Below, piece by piece: positions 19,634 through 29,182 of a stretch of DNA of 64,000 nucleotides. The stretch's first letter is position 1, and every line of letters starts with the position of its first letter. This DNA is from Spirochaetia bacterium (GTDB lineage Bacteria > Spirochaetota > Spirochaetia > SZUA-6 > Bin103). Below the pieces are notes generated by a model. The model saw only the letters and a list, made by a program, of their open reading frames with translations, ran no database searches and was not told the DNA's origin. Where the stretch lies: assembly GCA_965203515.1 (NCBI GenBank), contig OZ241907.1:1984001-2048000 (forward strand). The letters are read 5' to 3'. The position numbers and the translations under genes are program-made.

Positions 19634-21061
19634 GTGAACAAGTTGGCGGTCTTTCGACAGGAAGCGTCGATCGGCGCCCGCGTAACGCTTCGCCTCACGC
19701 GCGGAGAAGACGTCTCCGGTCGCGTCGCGCAGCTTGACGACGCATACGTCCGTCTTGATCTCGAAGGCAGGACCGTCACCATCTTCGCGGAGATCCTTGC
19801 CGGGTGGGAGCTACACCACGGAGCGGGAGCGGAACCCGTGACCGCAGGACGCCGCGAGGCCCTGCGTTCCCCGGCGAAGCTCTACCCGGACGATGATTTT
19901 CGTCATCTTGACAATCGGTACGCACCATTCGCCGAGGGGGGACCGGTTGACGAGCCGAACATGTTTGTCGGCCGCGGCGAGCTCCTGGATCGGCTTGAAC
20001 ACTCACTTCTCGCCGGATCGGCAAGCAAGTCGATCGTCATGTTCGGCCAGAAACGCGCCGGAAAATCATCCCTGATCGAACACCTCAGGAGGCGACTAGC
20101 TGGTAACGACCGAGTCGTACCGGTATGCTTCAGCATGCAGGATATCGCGTCCGATTTGTCGGTAACGGCCTTCCTTTACCGCATCCTTCAGAGTGTCTCC
20201 GAGGTACTGGAGGAGCGTCGATTCGACGGCCGCGATGTCCCCGATTTTGCGCCGCCTGCGATCGAAGAGATGGAATCTCACCCGGAGACACGGTTCCACG
20301 GCGCCTTGACTTCTCTGATGCGAGACACGAGACATCACCCATCCCGTCTCAGTTTCGTCTTTCTGATAGACGAATTCACGGATATCTTCAAGGAGATCAG
20401 GAGAGGACGTATCCCGAGTCAGTTCATGAAGACATGGAAGGCGATCATAGAAAAGAAGTACTTCGCGTCGGTGCTTGTCGGACAGGACATCATGCCGGCG
20501 TTCAAGGCCGCGTTTCCCAATGAATTCGGAGTCACCGAAGACATCAGGGTGACGTATCTGGACGAAGCGGCTGCGACGACGTTGGTCGAAAAGCCGATCG
20601 GCAAGGATCGCTTCGCGGGATGCGCGGTGAAGCGGCTTCTTGATCTGACCGCCGGCAGTCCGTACTACACGATGATGTTCTGCGCTCGACTCGTAGACTA
20701 CATGAATACGACCCGTTCGATGATCGTGACGGAAGCCGACATTCGCGCCGTGGAAGAGGAAATGCTGCGCGGGGAACGCAGACTGACGAAGGACAAGTTC
20801 GACAATCTGTTGTCTGCGGGCGACGGAGTGGAGGACTCCGGCATCGACCCGGACGAAACCTATGCCGTATGCGCCGCGATCGCCTGCGGCTCCGGGAAGG
20901 AGACGTGGTGCTCACGTCATGTGATACGGGAGTTTGGAGATGCCGATCTAGACCGTCTTCTCCAGGACCTGGAGACGCGCGACGTCGTTGAGCGCAAGGG
21001 AGACGCCTACCGTCTGCGAGTAGGGCTGTTCAGAGACTGGTTGATGGCGCGTCAGGGTTGA
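19634..21061 (+). CDS. STAND-like P-loop ATPase with N-terminal Sm-like domain and C-terminal winged helix
   Basis: MFVGR, Walker A GQKRAGKSS, Walker B FVFLIDEF, LTAGSPYY, C-terminal LETRDVV...LFRDWL. Confidence 0.8.
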   Translation: MNKLAVFRQEASIGARVTLRLTRGEDVSGRVAQLDDAYVRLDLEGRTVTIFAEILAGWELHHGAGAEPVTAGRREALRSPAKLYPDDDFRHLDNRYAPFAEGGPVDEPNMFVGRGELLDRLEHSLLAGSASKSIVMFGQKRAGKSSLIEHLRRRLAGNDRVVPVCFSMQDIASDLSVTAFLYRILQSVSEVLEERRFDGRDVPDFAPPAIEEMESHPETRFHGALTSLMRDTRHHPSRLSFVFLIDEFTDIFKEIRRGRIPSQFMKTWKAIIEKKYFASVLVGQDIMPAFKAAFPNEFGVTEDIRVTYLDEAAATTLVEKPIGKDRFAGCAVKRLLDLTAGSPYYTMMFCARLVDYMNTTRSMIVTEADIRAVEEEMLRGERRLTKDKFDNLLSAGDGVEDSGIDPDETYAVCAAIACGSGKETWCSRHVIREFGDADLDRLLQDLETRDVVERKGDAYRLRVGLFRDWLMARQG

Positions 21062-21066
21062 CCGAC

Positions 21067-21323
21067 ATGGCGCGTCCCAATCCGTATGCTGATTTTGGCG
21101 GAACGGTGACGGAGACCGGCCGCACTTTGGGGAACCGCTCCTCGGACGCAACAAGCAGGACTGGGCTACCAACTTCAAGGTGCTCGCCAAGGTGAGGACG
21201 CCTCTGGCCCACAATCGTGAGGAGGCGGTCACCGAAGCGGATCGGTTGCAGGCGGAGGGGATCTGCCGCGCGATACTGGAACGGTACGAGACTTGGAAAT
21301 CGGCCCATGCTTCGGCCGGATGA
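21067..21323 (+). pseudogene. Internally deleted ATPase-HEPN (Swt1-like) gene
   Basis: Starts MARPNPYADFGGTVT (NP-F/Y pre-Walker motif), then shifts frame to GEPLLGRNKQDWATNFKVLAKVRTPLAHNR...* (Rx4H). Confidence 0.65.
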
Positions 21324-21431
21324 GCCACAGGCGTAACCAGGAACCGGATGTCAGGAGCGACGCTCCGATCGTGATCGCACTTTCCGTGCTGATTCCGGGC
21401 GGGCTGCTCGGAACTGGCCACGTGTTTCAGT

Positions 21432-22901
21432 TCAGAACCGCCGCGACCATGCCTCCGGCCAGCGTTCGACGACCACCTTGGTCTGCGTGAAGAACTCGAT
21501 GGCGTGCTTCCCCTGGCCGTGCAGCGTGCCGAAGAAGCTGTCGCGCCAGCCGGAGAAGGGAAAGAAGGCCATGGGCGCCGCCACGCCCAGGTTGACGCCG
21601 ATGTTGCCCACGTCCGCCTCATGGCGAAAGCGGCGGGCCGCCGCGCCGCTGCCGGTGAACAGGCACGCCATGTTGCCGTAGCGGCCGCTGTTCACCAGGC
21701 GGATCGCGGCGTCGACGTCGGGCACCTCCATCACGCCGAGTACCGGTCCGAATATCTCGGTGGCGGCGGTCGTGCCGGCCGGCGGCACGCCGCGCAGCAA
21801 CGTCGGTCCCACGAACGACCCGCCGGGGTGGCCGTCGACGGTCCGACCGCGGCCGTCGACGACCACGCGCGCCCCTTCGTCGGCCGCCGCGCCGATCGAC
21901 GCCTCGATCCGGTCGCGGCTCTGCCGCGTGATGACCGGGCCCATCTCCACGCCGTCGTGCAGGCCGTTGCCGACCACCCGTGAGCCGGCGATCTGCCCCA
22001 TCACGTCGACGAACGGGTCGGCGGCATCGCCGACCGCAATCGCCAGGGAGGCGGCCAGGCAGCGCTGCCCGGCGCAGCCGAAGGCGCTGTCCGCCGCGAT
22101 CGCGCCGGTCATGTCGAGGTCGGCGTCCGGCAGCACCACGATCGGGTTCTTGGCGCCGCCCTGCGCCTGCACCCGCTTGCCGGCGGCCGACGCGGCGGCG
22201 TAGACGTGTCGGGCCACCGGCGTGGAGCCGACGAAGCTGACCGCGTCGATGCCGGGGTGCTCCAGGATCGCGTCGACGACGCGGCGGTCGCCGTTGATCA
22301 GGTTGGCCGCGCCGGGCGGGAATCCCGCCTCGTCCAGAAGCTCGAAGACCGCCCGCATGGTGAGCGGCGTCCGCTCGGACGGCTTGACGATGCAGGTATT
22401 GCCGCACGCCAGCGCGTACGGAAGGAACCAGAACGGGATCATCGCCGGGAAGTTGAACGGACAGACGATCGCGCAGACGCCGACCGGCTGCCGGATCATC
22501 ACTTCGTCGATGCCGGCGGCCACGTCCTCCAGGAAGTCGCCCTGCATGAGCATCGGGGCGCCGCACGCGACCTCGACGTTCTCGATCGCGCGCTTCAACT
22601 CGCCCTGCGACTCGGCCAGCGTCTTGCCGTTCTCCTCGGTGATCACCCGCGCCAGCTCGCCCGCGCGCTCGTCCAGCAGCGCCTTGAGTCGAAACAGCGG
22701 CTGGATGCGGTCCTCCACCGGCGTGGCGCGCCACTCGCGCAAGGCCGCCGCGGCCGCCGCTACCGCCGAATCGAGATCGCGGCCGGCCGACAGCGCCACG
22801 CGGCCGATCGTCGCCGCCGTTGCCGGGTTGCGGACGTCCAGGAAGTCGGCGTCGCCGGATCGCTGCCATCCGCCGCCGACATGGTTCAGTGCCGTGGTCA
22901 T
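21432..22901 (-). CDS. mmsA: CoA-acylating methylmalonate-semialdehyde dehydrogenase
   Basis: [48 protein letters not shown]. Confidence 0.9.
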   Translation of the reverse strand: MTTALNHVGGGWQRSGDADFLDVRNPATAATIGRVALSAGRDLDSAVAAAAAALREWRATPVEDRIQPLFRLKALLDERAGELARVITEENGKTLAESQGELKRAIENVEVACGAPMLMQGDFLEDVAAGIDEVMIRQPVGVCAIVCPFNFPAMIPFWFLPYALACGNTCIVKPSERTPLTMRAVFELLDEAGFPPGAANLINGDRRVVDAILEHPGIDAVSFVGSTPVARHVYAAASAAGKRVQAQGGAKNPIVVLPDADLDMTGAIAADSAFGCAGQRCLAASLAIAVGDAADPFVDVMGQIAGSRVVGNGLHDGVEMGPVITRQSRDRIEASIGAAADEGARVVVDGRGRTVDGHPGGSFVGPTLLRGVPPAGTTAATEIFGPVLGVMEVPDVDAAIRLVNSGRYGNMACLFTGSGAAARRFRHEADVGNIGVNLGVAAPMAFFPFSGWRDSFFGTLHGQGKHAIEFFTQTKVVVERWPEAWSRRF

Positions 22902-22932
22902 CGCCTGGACGGTACCATGCCGGTCAGAACAG

Positions 22933-23310
22933 ATGAACGGCCCCACGACCGGCGACGACCGCTGGCGGCACGGCCGAGAGCTCTACGCGGCCGGCCAGCA
23001 CTGGCGCGCGCATGAGGCGTGGGAAGCGCTCTGGCTCCGCAGGAAGGGCACGGCGGACGGAGCGTTTCTGCGGGCGGCCATCCAGGTGGCGGCGGCGATG
23101 GTGAAGGCCGAGCAGGGCAACCTGACCGGAGTGCGCAAGAACCTGCTGAAGGCGGTCGCCAACCTGAGCGGTCTGCCGGCGCGCTGCCGGGACGTCGATA
23201 CGCGCGCGCTGGCCGCCGCCTGCGAGCGCTGCGCGCGCTACGCGGCACGCCGCGCGCAGGCGAAGGACGGCGGCGCGTTCGACTGGCGCTGCAAGCCGGC
23301 CCTGACCTGA
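22933..23310 (+). CDS. DUF309 domain protein
   Basis: [11 protein letters not shown]...IQVAAA motif. Confidence 0.8.
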   Translation: MNGPTTGDDRWRHGRELYAAGQHWRAHEAWEALWLRRKGTADGAFLRAAIQVAAAMVKAEQGNLTGVRKNLLKAVANLSGLPARCRDVDTRALAAACERCARYAARRAQAKDGGAFDWRCKPALT

Positions 23311-23350
23311 CCGGCCGGGCGGCGCATCCCCGGCAGGGCGTTCGGCGGCC

Positions 23351-24658
23351 TCAGCGGACGGCGGCTGCGGGCGCTTCGGGGGGACGTTCCGGGATCGCGG
23401 GCACCCGGAGCAGCAGCGCGCCGCCGATCACGAACAGCGCCACCAGGCTGAGCACCCCGGTGCTGGTGTCGCCGGTGAGCTGCGCGAACACCCCCACCAG
23501 CAGAGGTCCCAGAATCGCCGCGAACTTGCCGAATATGTTGTAGAAGCCAAAGAACTCCGCCGCGGACGCCGCGGGGATCAGCCGCGCGTAGTAGGAGCGG
23601 GACAGCGCCTGGATGCCGCCCTGCGAAGTGCCGACCAGCAGCGCGATCGCCCAGAACATCGGCACCTGCGCCGACTCCGGCAGCCGCGGGATCGCGAATG
23701 CCGCCGCCGTCACCACGACGTAGACGCCGATGCCGGCCAGCAGCATCGTGCGCGGCGAGGTGAGCGCGGCGAGCTTTCCGTACAGCAGCGTGCACGGGAA
23801 CGCCACCACCTGGACCGCCAGCAATACCGCCAGCACGGTTTCGGCGGCCAGCCCGATGTCGGTGCCGTAGGCGGTCGCCAGTCTGATGATGGTGCCGACG
23901 CCGTCGATGTAGAAGAAATAGGCGAGCAGAAACAGCATCACCGTCCGGTAACGCCGGATCTCGCGCACCACGCTCACCATCCGCCCCAGCGCGTCGCGGA
24001 GGGTATCGGCGACGCCGCGGCCGGCGACCGGCAGATAGTGGACCTGACGCACGTGACGCAGGAGCGGCACGGTGAACAGCAGCCACCACACCGCCGCGAT
24101 CACGAACGCGATCCGCACCCCCGAGCCGCCGATCGTCAGGCCGAGCTGCGGCAGGCCCATCGCCACCGCCAGCGCCAGGACGAACGGCAGGGAGCCGCCG
24201 ACGTATCCCCAGGCGTAGCCGGCGGCGGACACCCGGTCCATGCGCTCCGGCGGACTGACGTCGGGCAGAAATGCGTCGTAGAAGACGTTGGCGCCGGCGA
24301 AACCGATGCCGGACACGACGTACAGCGCGAGGGCGGCCAACGGCCGGCCGGCGGCGGCAAAGGCGATGGCGCCGGTCGCGGTCACTCCGACCGCGAAGAA
24401 GGACGCGAAGAACCGCTTCTTGCGGCCCTGGTAATCGCCCAGGGGGCCGAGCGCCGTCGCCAACACGGCCACCACCAGCGTGAACAGGCTGTTGGCGAAC
24501 GCCAGCCAGGCGGTCGAGGTGGCGCCGGGAACATCGGCGGCGATCTCGGTCTTGAAGAACAGCGGGAACACGGCCGTGGTGACCGCCAGCGAATAGGCGG
24601 AGTTGGCCACGTCGTACAGCACCCAACTGCGCTCGCCGCGGCTGAATCCGGTTGCCAT
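23351..24658 (-). CDS. MFS transporter (UMF1/Atg22-like)
   Basis: SWVLYDVANSAY, NVFYDAFL, QALSRSYYARLIP, EFFGFY. Confidence 0.9.
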   Translation of the reverse strand: MATGFSRGERSWVLYDVANSAYSLAVTTAVFPLFFKTEIAADVPGATSTAWLAFANSLFTLVVAVLATALGPLGDYQGRKKRFFASFFAVGVTATGAIAFAAAGRPLAALALYVVSGIGFAGANVFYDAFLPDVSPPERMDRVSAAGYAWGYVGGSLPFVLALAVAMGLPQLGLTIGGSGVRIAFVIAAVWWLLFTVPLLRHVRQVHYLPVAGRGVADTLRDALGRMVSVVREIRRYRTVMLFLLAYFFYIDGVGTIIRLATAYGTDIGLAAETVLAVLLAVQVVAFPCTLLYGKLAALTSPRTMLLAGIGVYVVVTAAAFAIPRLPESAQVPMFWAIALLVGTSQGGIQALSRSYYARLIPAASAAEFFGFYNIFGKFAAILGPLLVGVFAQLTGDTSTGVLSLVALFVIGGALLLRVPAIPERPPEAPAAAVR

Positions 24659-24666
24659 CGCCGCGA

Positions 24667-26412
24667 TCAGCCGGCGCGGGCGTTCCGCGCCCAGGCCAGG
24701 AACCGCTCCGCCGGCCACGTGTTGACGATCGCCGCGGGAGGAACCCAGCCGCCCTGGGCGAGCTGCACTCCCCAGCGCATGCGGTCCAGCTCGCGCACGT
24801 GGTGAGCGTCCGTGCTCGCCACGAACATGACGCCCGCCTCGGCGGCGCGCCGCAGCAGAGCCGCATCCGGGTCGAGCCGCGGCAGGCCGCTGTTGATCTC
24901 GATCGCCGTGCCGGTAGCGACCGCGGCGCCGACGATCCGTTCGAAGTCGAGCTCGATCCCCGGCCGTTTGCCCATCATCCGCCCGGTGAGGTGGCCGATG
25001 ACGTTGACCGCAGGATCGCGCATCGCCGTGATGATCCGCTCGGTCTGCCGATCGCGGTCCAGATCGAATCCCGAGTGCACGGACGCCACGCACCAGTCGA
25101 ACCCGCCTCGGAAGGCGGCGTCGTAGTCCAGGCGGCCGTCCGCGGCGATATTGAGCTCTACGCCGTGCAGGAGGCGGATGTCGCCGTGCCGCTCCTGCGC
25201 GCGCGCCAACCTCCGGCGCTGGTCGAGGAACCGTTCACGGCTCACGCCGTTGCGGCCGATCCCTTCGGCATGGTCGGTGACCGCCAGGTAGGCGTAACCG
25301 CGCGCGCGGGCCGCATCGACCACCTCCGCCAGGGTCGAAACGCCGTCGCCCGACAGATCGGTGTGCAGGTGCAGGTCGCCCCTTATGTCGGCCAGCGACA
25401 CCGGCGGCGGCAGCCGGCCGGCCGCCGCGGCGGCCACCTCGCCGGCGCCGAGCCGAGCCGGCGGCGGCACGGACTGCAGCCCCAGACGTTCGTAGATGCC
25501 GGCCTCGTCCGCGACGGGGATGAGCGCGCCGTCGCCGTCCCGCAAGCCTTCCCGGTCGAGCCGCAGCCCACGCTCGGCGGCCCGCGCGGCCAGCGCCTGC
25601 AGGTGCGGCGCCGAGCCGGTGTCGCGGAGCAGGGCGGCCGCGAACCGTTCCGGCGGCGCCACGGCCAGCCGGACCGGCACGCCGCGGTGGGTGGTCAGCG
25701 TGGCCGACCGGGCTGCGGTGCGGACCGAACGTCCGTCGCGCAACCCGGTAAACCGGTGCAGCGCCGCGGCAGCATCGGACGCGGCGGCCAGCAGCCGCGC
25801 CTCGCGCACCATGGGCAGGAGGCGGCGCAGCTCCCCCGACACCTCGACCCGCTCCACGCCGTCCGCGCGCGCCAGCTCGGCGGCGATGCGCTCGGCCACC
25901 GGCATGACCCGCGCGATCGGCCACGCGTCGCGGCCCATGGAGACCAGGAACCGCTCGCCGCGCGCGAGCGCGGCCTTGACGCCCTTGCCAAGGCCCGGCA
26001 GCGCCTCCACCGCGCCGCTGGCCAGCGCCTCCTGCAGCCGCTCGATCGAGTCGACGCCCAGCTCGCGGCGCAGGCGGGCCAGCGTCTTGGGGCCGACGCC
26101 CGGCATCTGCGCCAGACGCTGATAATCGGGCGGATACCGCGCCCGCAGCCGCTCCAGCTTGGCGATCGCGCCGCAGTCGACGCATTCCCGGATCTTGCGC
26201 GCGATGGTCGCCCCCACCCCGGGCAGCGCCACCAGCTCCGCTTCGGTCATGGCCGGCAGGTCCCGGCCCGACTCGCGCAGGACGGCGATCGCCTTCCCGT
26301 ACGCGCGGGCGCGAAACGACTGCCCGCCGTCGTCCAGGATCGTCAACGCGCGCAGCTCGTCCAGCGCTTCGAGCACCGCCTCCGCGGAGATCCGCGCATC
26401 CGGCTCCGACAT
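24667..26412 (-). CDS. polX: Family X DNA polymerase / PHP 3'-5' exonuclease, non-canonical (polymerase carboxylates lost)
   Basis: HhH LPGVG motifs, GELRR, intact PHP motifs DLHLHT/TDH/GVE/HLTGR/TDAH; VGDID replaced by VREAR. Confidence 0.88.
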   Translation of the reverse strand: MSEPDARISAEAVLEALDELRALTILDDGGQSFRARAYGKAIAVLRESGRDLPAMTEAELVALPGVGATIARKIRECVDCGAIAKLERLRARYPPDYQRLAQMPGVGPKTLARLRRELGVDSIERLQEALASGAVEALPGLGKGVKAALARGERFLVSMGRDAWPIARVMPVAERIAAELARADGVERVEVSGELRRLLPMVREARLLAAASDAAAALHRFTGLRDGRSVRTAARSATLTTHRGVPVRLAVAPPERFAAALLRDTGSAPHLQALAARAAERGLRLDREGLRDGDGALIPVADEAGIYERLGLQSVPPPARLGAGEVAAAAAGRLPPPVSLADIRGDLHLHTDLSGDGVSTLAEVVDAARARGYAYLAVTDHAEGIGRNGVSRERFLDQRRRLARAQERHGDIRLLHGVELNIAADGRLDYDAAFRGGFDWCVASVHSGFDLDRDRQTERIITAMRDPAVNVIGHLTGRMMGKRPGIELDFERIVGAAVATGTAIEINSGLPRLDPDAALLRRAAEAGVMFVASTDAHHVRELDRMRWGVQLAQGGWVPPAAIVNTWPAERFLAWARNARAG

Positions 26413-26449
26413 GGGCACAGACTACCCGCTCCGCCCTATAGTGTCCGTC

Positions 26450-27751
26450 GTGGCCGGCACTCCGGCGGAGACGCTCGACATCGGCGGGCGCTCGGTCCGC
26501 ATCTCCAACCCCGACAAGGTCTACTTTCCGGAGGCCGGCATCACCAAGCTGGAACTGGTCCGCTACTACCTGACCGTAGCCGAGGCGGCGGTGCGCGCCG
26601 TCTACGACCGGCCGATCGTGCTGAAGCGCTACGTGGACGGCATCACCGGCGAGGGATTCTTCCAGAAGCGGGCTCCCGCACACCGGCCGACGTGGGTGCG
26701 AACGGTGGAGTTGCGCTTTCCCTCCGGCCGCACCGCCCACGAGCTGGTGGTCACCGAGCCGGCGCAGATCGCCTGGATGACCAATCTGGGAAACATCGAC
26801 CTGAACCCGCATCCGGTGCGCGCGAGCGATCTGGAGCATCCCGACGAGCTGCGCATCGACCTCGATCCGTGTCCCGGCGTGCCCTGGGACGACGTGCGCC
26901 GCGTCGCCGCGGTCACCCGCGCGGTGCTGGAGGAGAACGGCCTGATCGCCTGGCCCAAGACGACCGGCTCGCGCGGCATGCACGTCTACGCGCGGATCGA
27001 ACCGCGTTGGGGCTTCACGGACGTGCGCCGCGCGGCGCTCGCCGTCTCGCGCGAGGTGGAGCGGCGCGCCCCGGGACTGGCCACCAGCAAGTGGTGGAAG
27101 GAGGAACGGGTCGGAGTCTTTCTGGACTACAACCAGAACGCCAAGGACCGCACCATCGCCGCCGCCTACTCGGTCCGCCCCAACCAGTGGGCGCTGGTCT
27201 CCGCTCCGCTCACCTGGGACGAGGCGCCGGCGTGCGACCCGGCCGACTTCACGCTGCGCACCATGCCGGCGCGGCTGCGCGAGCGCGGCGATCCGGCCGC
27301 CGACATGGACGCCCGGCCGGGATCGCTCGATTCGTTGCTGGAGGTGGCGGCGCGCCACGAAGCGGCGGGACTGGGCGACGCGCCGTGGCCTCCGCACTAT
27401 GCCAAGCAGCGACGCGAGCCGCCGCGGGTGAGTCCGTCGCGCCGGCGCCGCGGGCCGTCCCCGACCGGCCGGCGCCGATCGACCATGCCGCTGATCGTGA
27501 TCGCTCAGGCAAAGACCGAGGCGGAGGCACGCGCCGGCCTGGACCGCTGGCGCGCCCGCCATCCCGAGGCGGCGGCCCGCCTGCGGCCCGACGACGTGCT
27601 GGTCGACGCGATGCGCGGCCGCCACTCGGTCTGGACCCGCATCCGCGTCAACCTGCGCCACGTCCCGGAGGCCGACCGGCCGCCGCAGGAGCCGCCCGAC
27701 CCCGACTACGACCCTTCCGTCGAATGGGACCCGCCGCGCAGCCCCGGTTGA
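26450..27751 (+). CDS. Stand-alone LigD-type primase-polymerase (PolD/Prim-Pol family) with C-terminal extension
   Basis: SNPDKVYFP, FFQK, RIDLDP, KTTGSRGMH, FLDYNQN, AYSVRP. Confidence 0.9.
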   Translation: MAGTPAETLDIGGRSVRISNPDKVYFPEAGITKLELVRYYLTVAEAAVRAVYDRPIVLKRYVDGITGEGFFQKRAPAHRPTWVRTVELRFPSGRTAHELVVTEPAQIAWMTNLGNIDLNPHPVRASDLEHPDELRIDLDPCPGVPWDDVRRVAAVTRAVLEENGLIAWPKTTGSRGMHVYARIEPRWGFTDVRRAALAVSREVERRAPGLATSKWWKEERVGVFLDYNQNAKDRTIAAAYSVRPNQWALVSAPLTWDEAPACDPADFTLRTMPARLRERGDPAADMDARPGSLDSLLEVAARHEAAGLGDAPWPPHYAKQRREPPRVSPSRRRRGPSPTGRRRSTMPLIVIAQAKTEAEARAGLDRWRARHPEAAARLRPDDVLVDAMRGRHSVWTRIRVNLRHVPEADRPPQEPPDPDYDPSVEWDPPRSPG

Positions 27752-27769
27752 CACGGCGTACCTGACCGT

Positions 27770-28984
27770 TCAGTAGGGGCGGCTGGTCCCGTCGGAAAGA
27801 CGCGGCACGGGCCGCAGGCTGGCGCGGTCGTCGCACGGGAAGCGGGCGGCCAGCGCCTCGTCCATCTCGATCCCCCATCCGGGCCGCTCGCTTACGTCCA
27901 CGGCGCCGTCCCGGACCTCTGGGATGCCGGGAAACAGATCCTCCTCGGCCGGGGCGCGGAACGCCCACTCCTGGATGCCGAAGTTCGGCGCGTGCACGTC
28001 CAGATGGACGTTCGCGGCCATGCCGATGGGCGACACGTCACGCGGACCGTGCCACGCCGTGCGCACGCCGAAGGCCGAGCAGAGATGCGCCAGCCGGAGC
28101 GCCGCGGTGATCCCGCCGTAGGTGGAGACGTGCACGCGCACGAAGTCGATCAGCCGCTCGCTCACCAGCGGCTCGACCTCCAGGGGATGGGCGAACAGCT
28201 CGCCCATCGCCAGCGGCACCGCGCACTGCGAGCGGAGCATGCGGAAGTAGCCCAGGTCCTCCGGCGCCAGCGGGTCCTCCAGGAAGAAGAGCCGGTACGG
28301 CTCCAGCGCCTTGGCCAGCCGCACCGCGTCGATCGGCGCCAGGCGCTCGTGGATGTCGTACAGCAGCTCCGCCTCCGCCGGCAGCCCGGCGCGCACCGTC
28401 GCGAACAGCTCCGGCACGCGGCGCAGCTTCTCGCCCGGATCGAAGAAGGCCGAACCGGTGCCGCCCGCGTGGGCCAGGCTGCCGGCAGCCGTGCCGGCCC
28501 GCCCGGCGCCGGCACCCTCGTAGCCGCCGAGCTGGCAGCGGAGGTAACGGAACCCCTGCTCCCAGTAGCGCAGCGCGTGATCGAGCACCTGCTGCGGCTC
28601 CCGGCCGTCGGCGTGCACGTACACGGCCGCGGCGCCGCGGCTGCGGCCGCCCCAGAGCTGGTAGCACGGCAGGCCGACGGCCCTGCCCTTGATGTCCCAC
28701 AGCGCCATCTCCACGGCGCTCACGGCGTTGTTCAGCACCGGGCCGTTGCGCCAGTAGCCGTCGTGCATGGCGCTGTGCCAGAAGTCGGCGATCGCCGCCG
28801 CGTCGCGGCCGATCGCGAACGGCTTCAGATGGCGTTCGATCGCGGCCTGGACCGCCCGGTACCGTTGCGTGAAGGTGCCGCAGCCCCAGCCGTGCAGGCC
28901 GGGCTGATCCGTGACGACCTTGGCTACGATCAGCGGAATCCCGGCCGGCTGCACCGCGTAGGTGACGACGTCCTCGATACGCAC
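27770..28984 (-). CDS. Enolase superfamily dehydratase (mannonate dehydratase/RspA-like)
   Basis: YWRNGPVLNNA, DIHERL, FFLEDP, MGE, WHGPRDVSP, NFGIQE. Confidence 0.9.
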   Translation of the reverse strand: MRIEDVVTYAVQPAGIPLIVAKVVTDQPGLHGWGCGTFTQRYRAVQAAIERHLKPFAIGRDAAAIADFWHSAMHDGYWRNGPVLNNAVSAVEMALWDIKGRAVGLPCYQLWGGRSRGAAAVYVHADGREPQQVLDHALRYWEQGFRYLRCQLGGYEGAGAGRAGTAAGSLAHAGGTGSAFFDPGEKLRRVPELFATVRAGLPAEAELLYDIHERLAPIDAVRLAKALEPYRLFFLEDPLAPEDLGYFRMLRSQCAVPLAMGELFAHPLEVEPLVSERLIDFVRVHVSTYGGITAALRLAHLCSAFGVRTAWHGPRDVSPIGMAANVHLDVHAPNFGIQEWAFRAPAEEDLFPGIPEVRDGAVDVSERPGWGIEMDEALAARFPCDDRASLRPVPRLSDGTSRPY

Positions 28985-29097
28985 GCCGCTACGCCGCGCT
29001 GCGGATGCTCGCTCCGGCTCCCGCTTCAGGTGCTCGTGGGTGTCGACCAGCGGCGTCTCTCCGGATGTGATGTGTCAGCTCCGTTGCCACCGTCTCT

Positions 29098-29182
29098 CTC
29101 CTTCCCGCGCGCGGCGACGGTCGAGCCATGCCATGCCATGCCGCAGATGCTCAGCTCCCTCCTTCCCGCGCGCGGCGACGGT
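29098..29182. repeat. 24-bp direct repeat pair (ctccttcccgcgcgcggcgacggt)
   Basis: Copies at 29098-29121 and 29159-29182 flank a (ccatg)3 run. Confidence 0.85.

Noticed and set aside
16712..19817. DGR template/variable repeat pair
   Set aside because: Differences between the copies are not adenine-specific and no reverse transcriptase is in the window
24652..27765. Very long alternative-frame ORFs (1037 aa here; also 54355-57480, 50305-52728, 25235-27754)
   Set aside because: Shadow ORFs of GC-rich genes: Arg/Gly/Ala-rich, no motifs, fully overlapping well-supported CDSs
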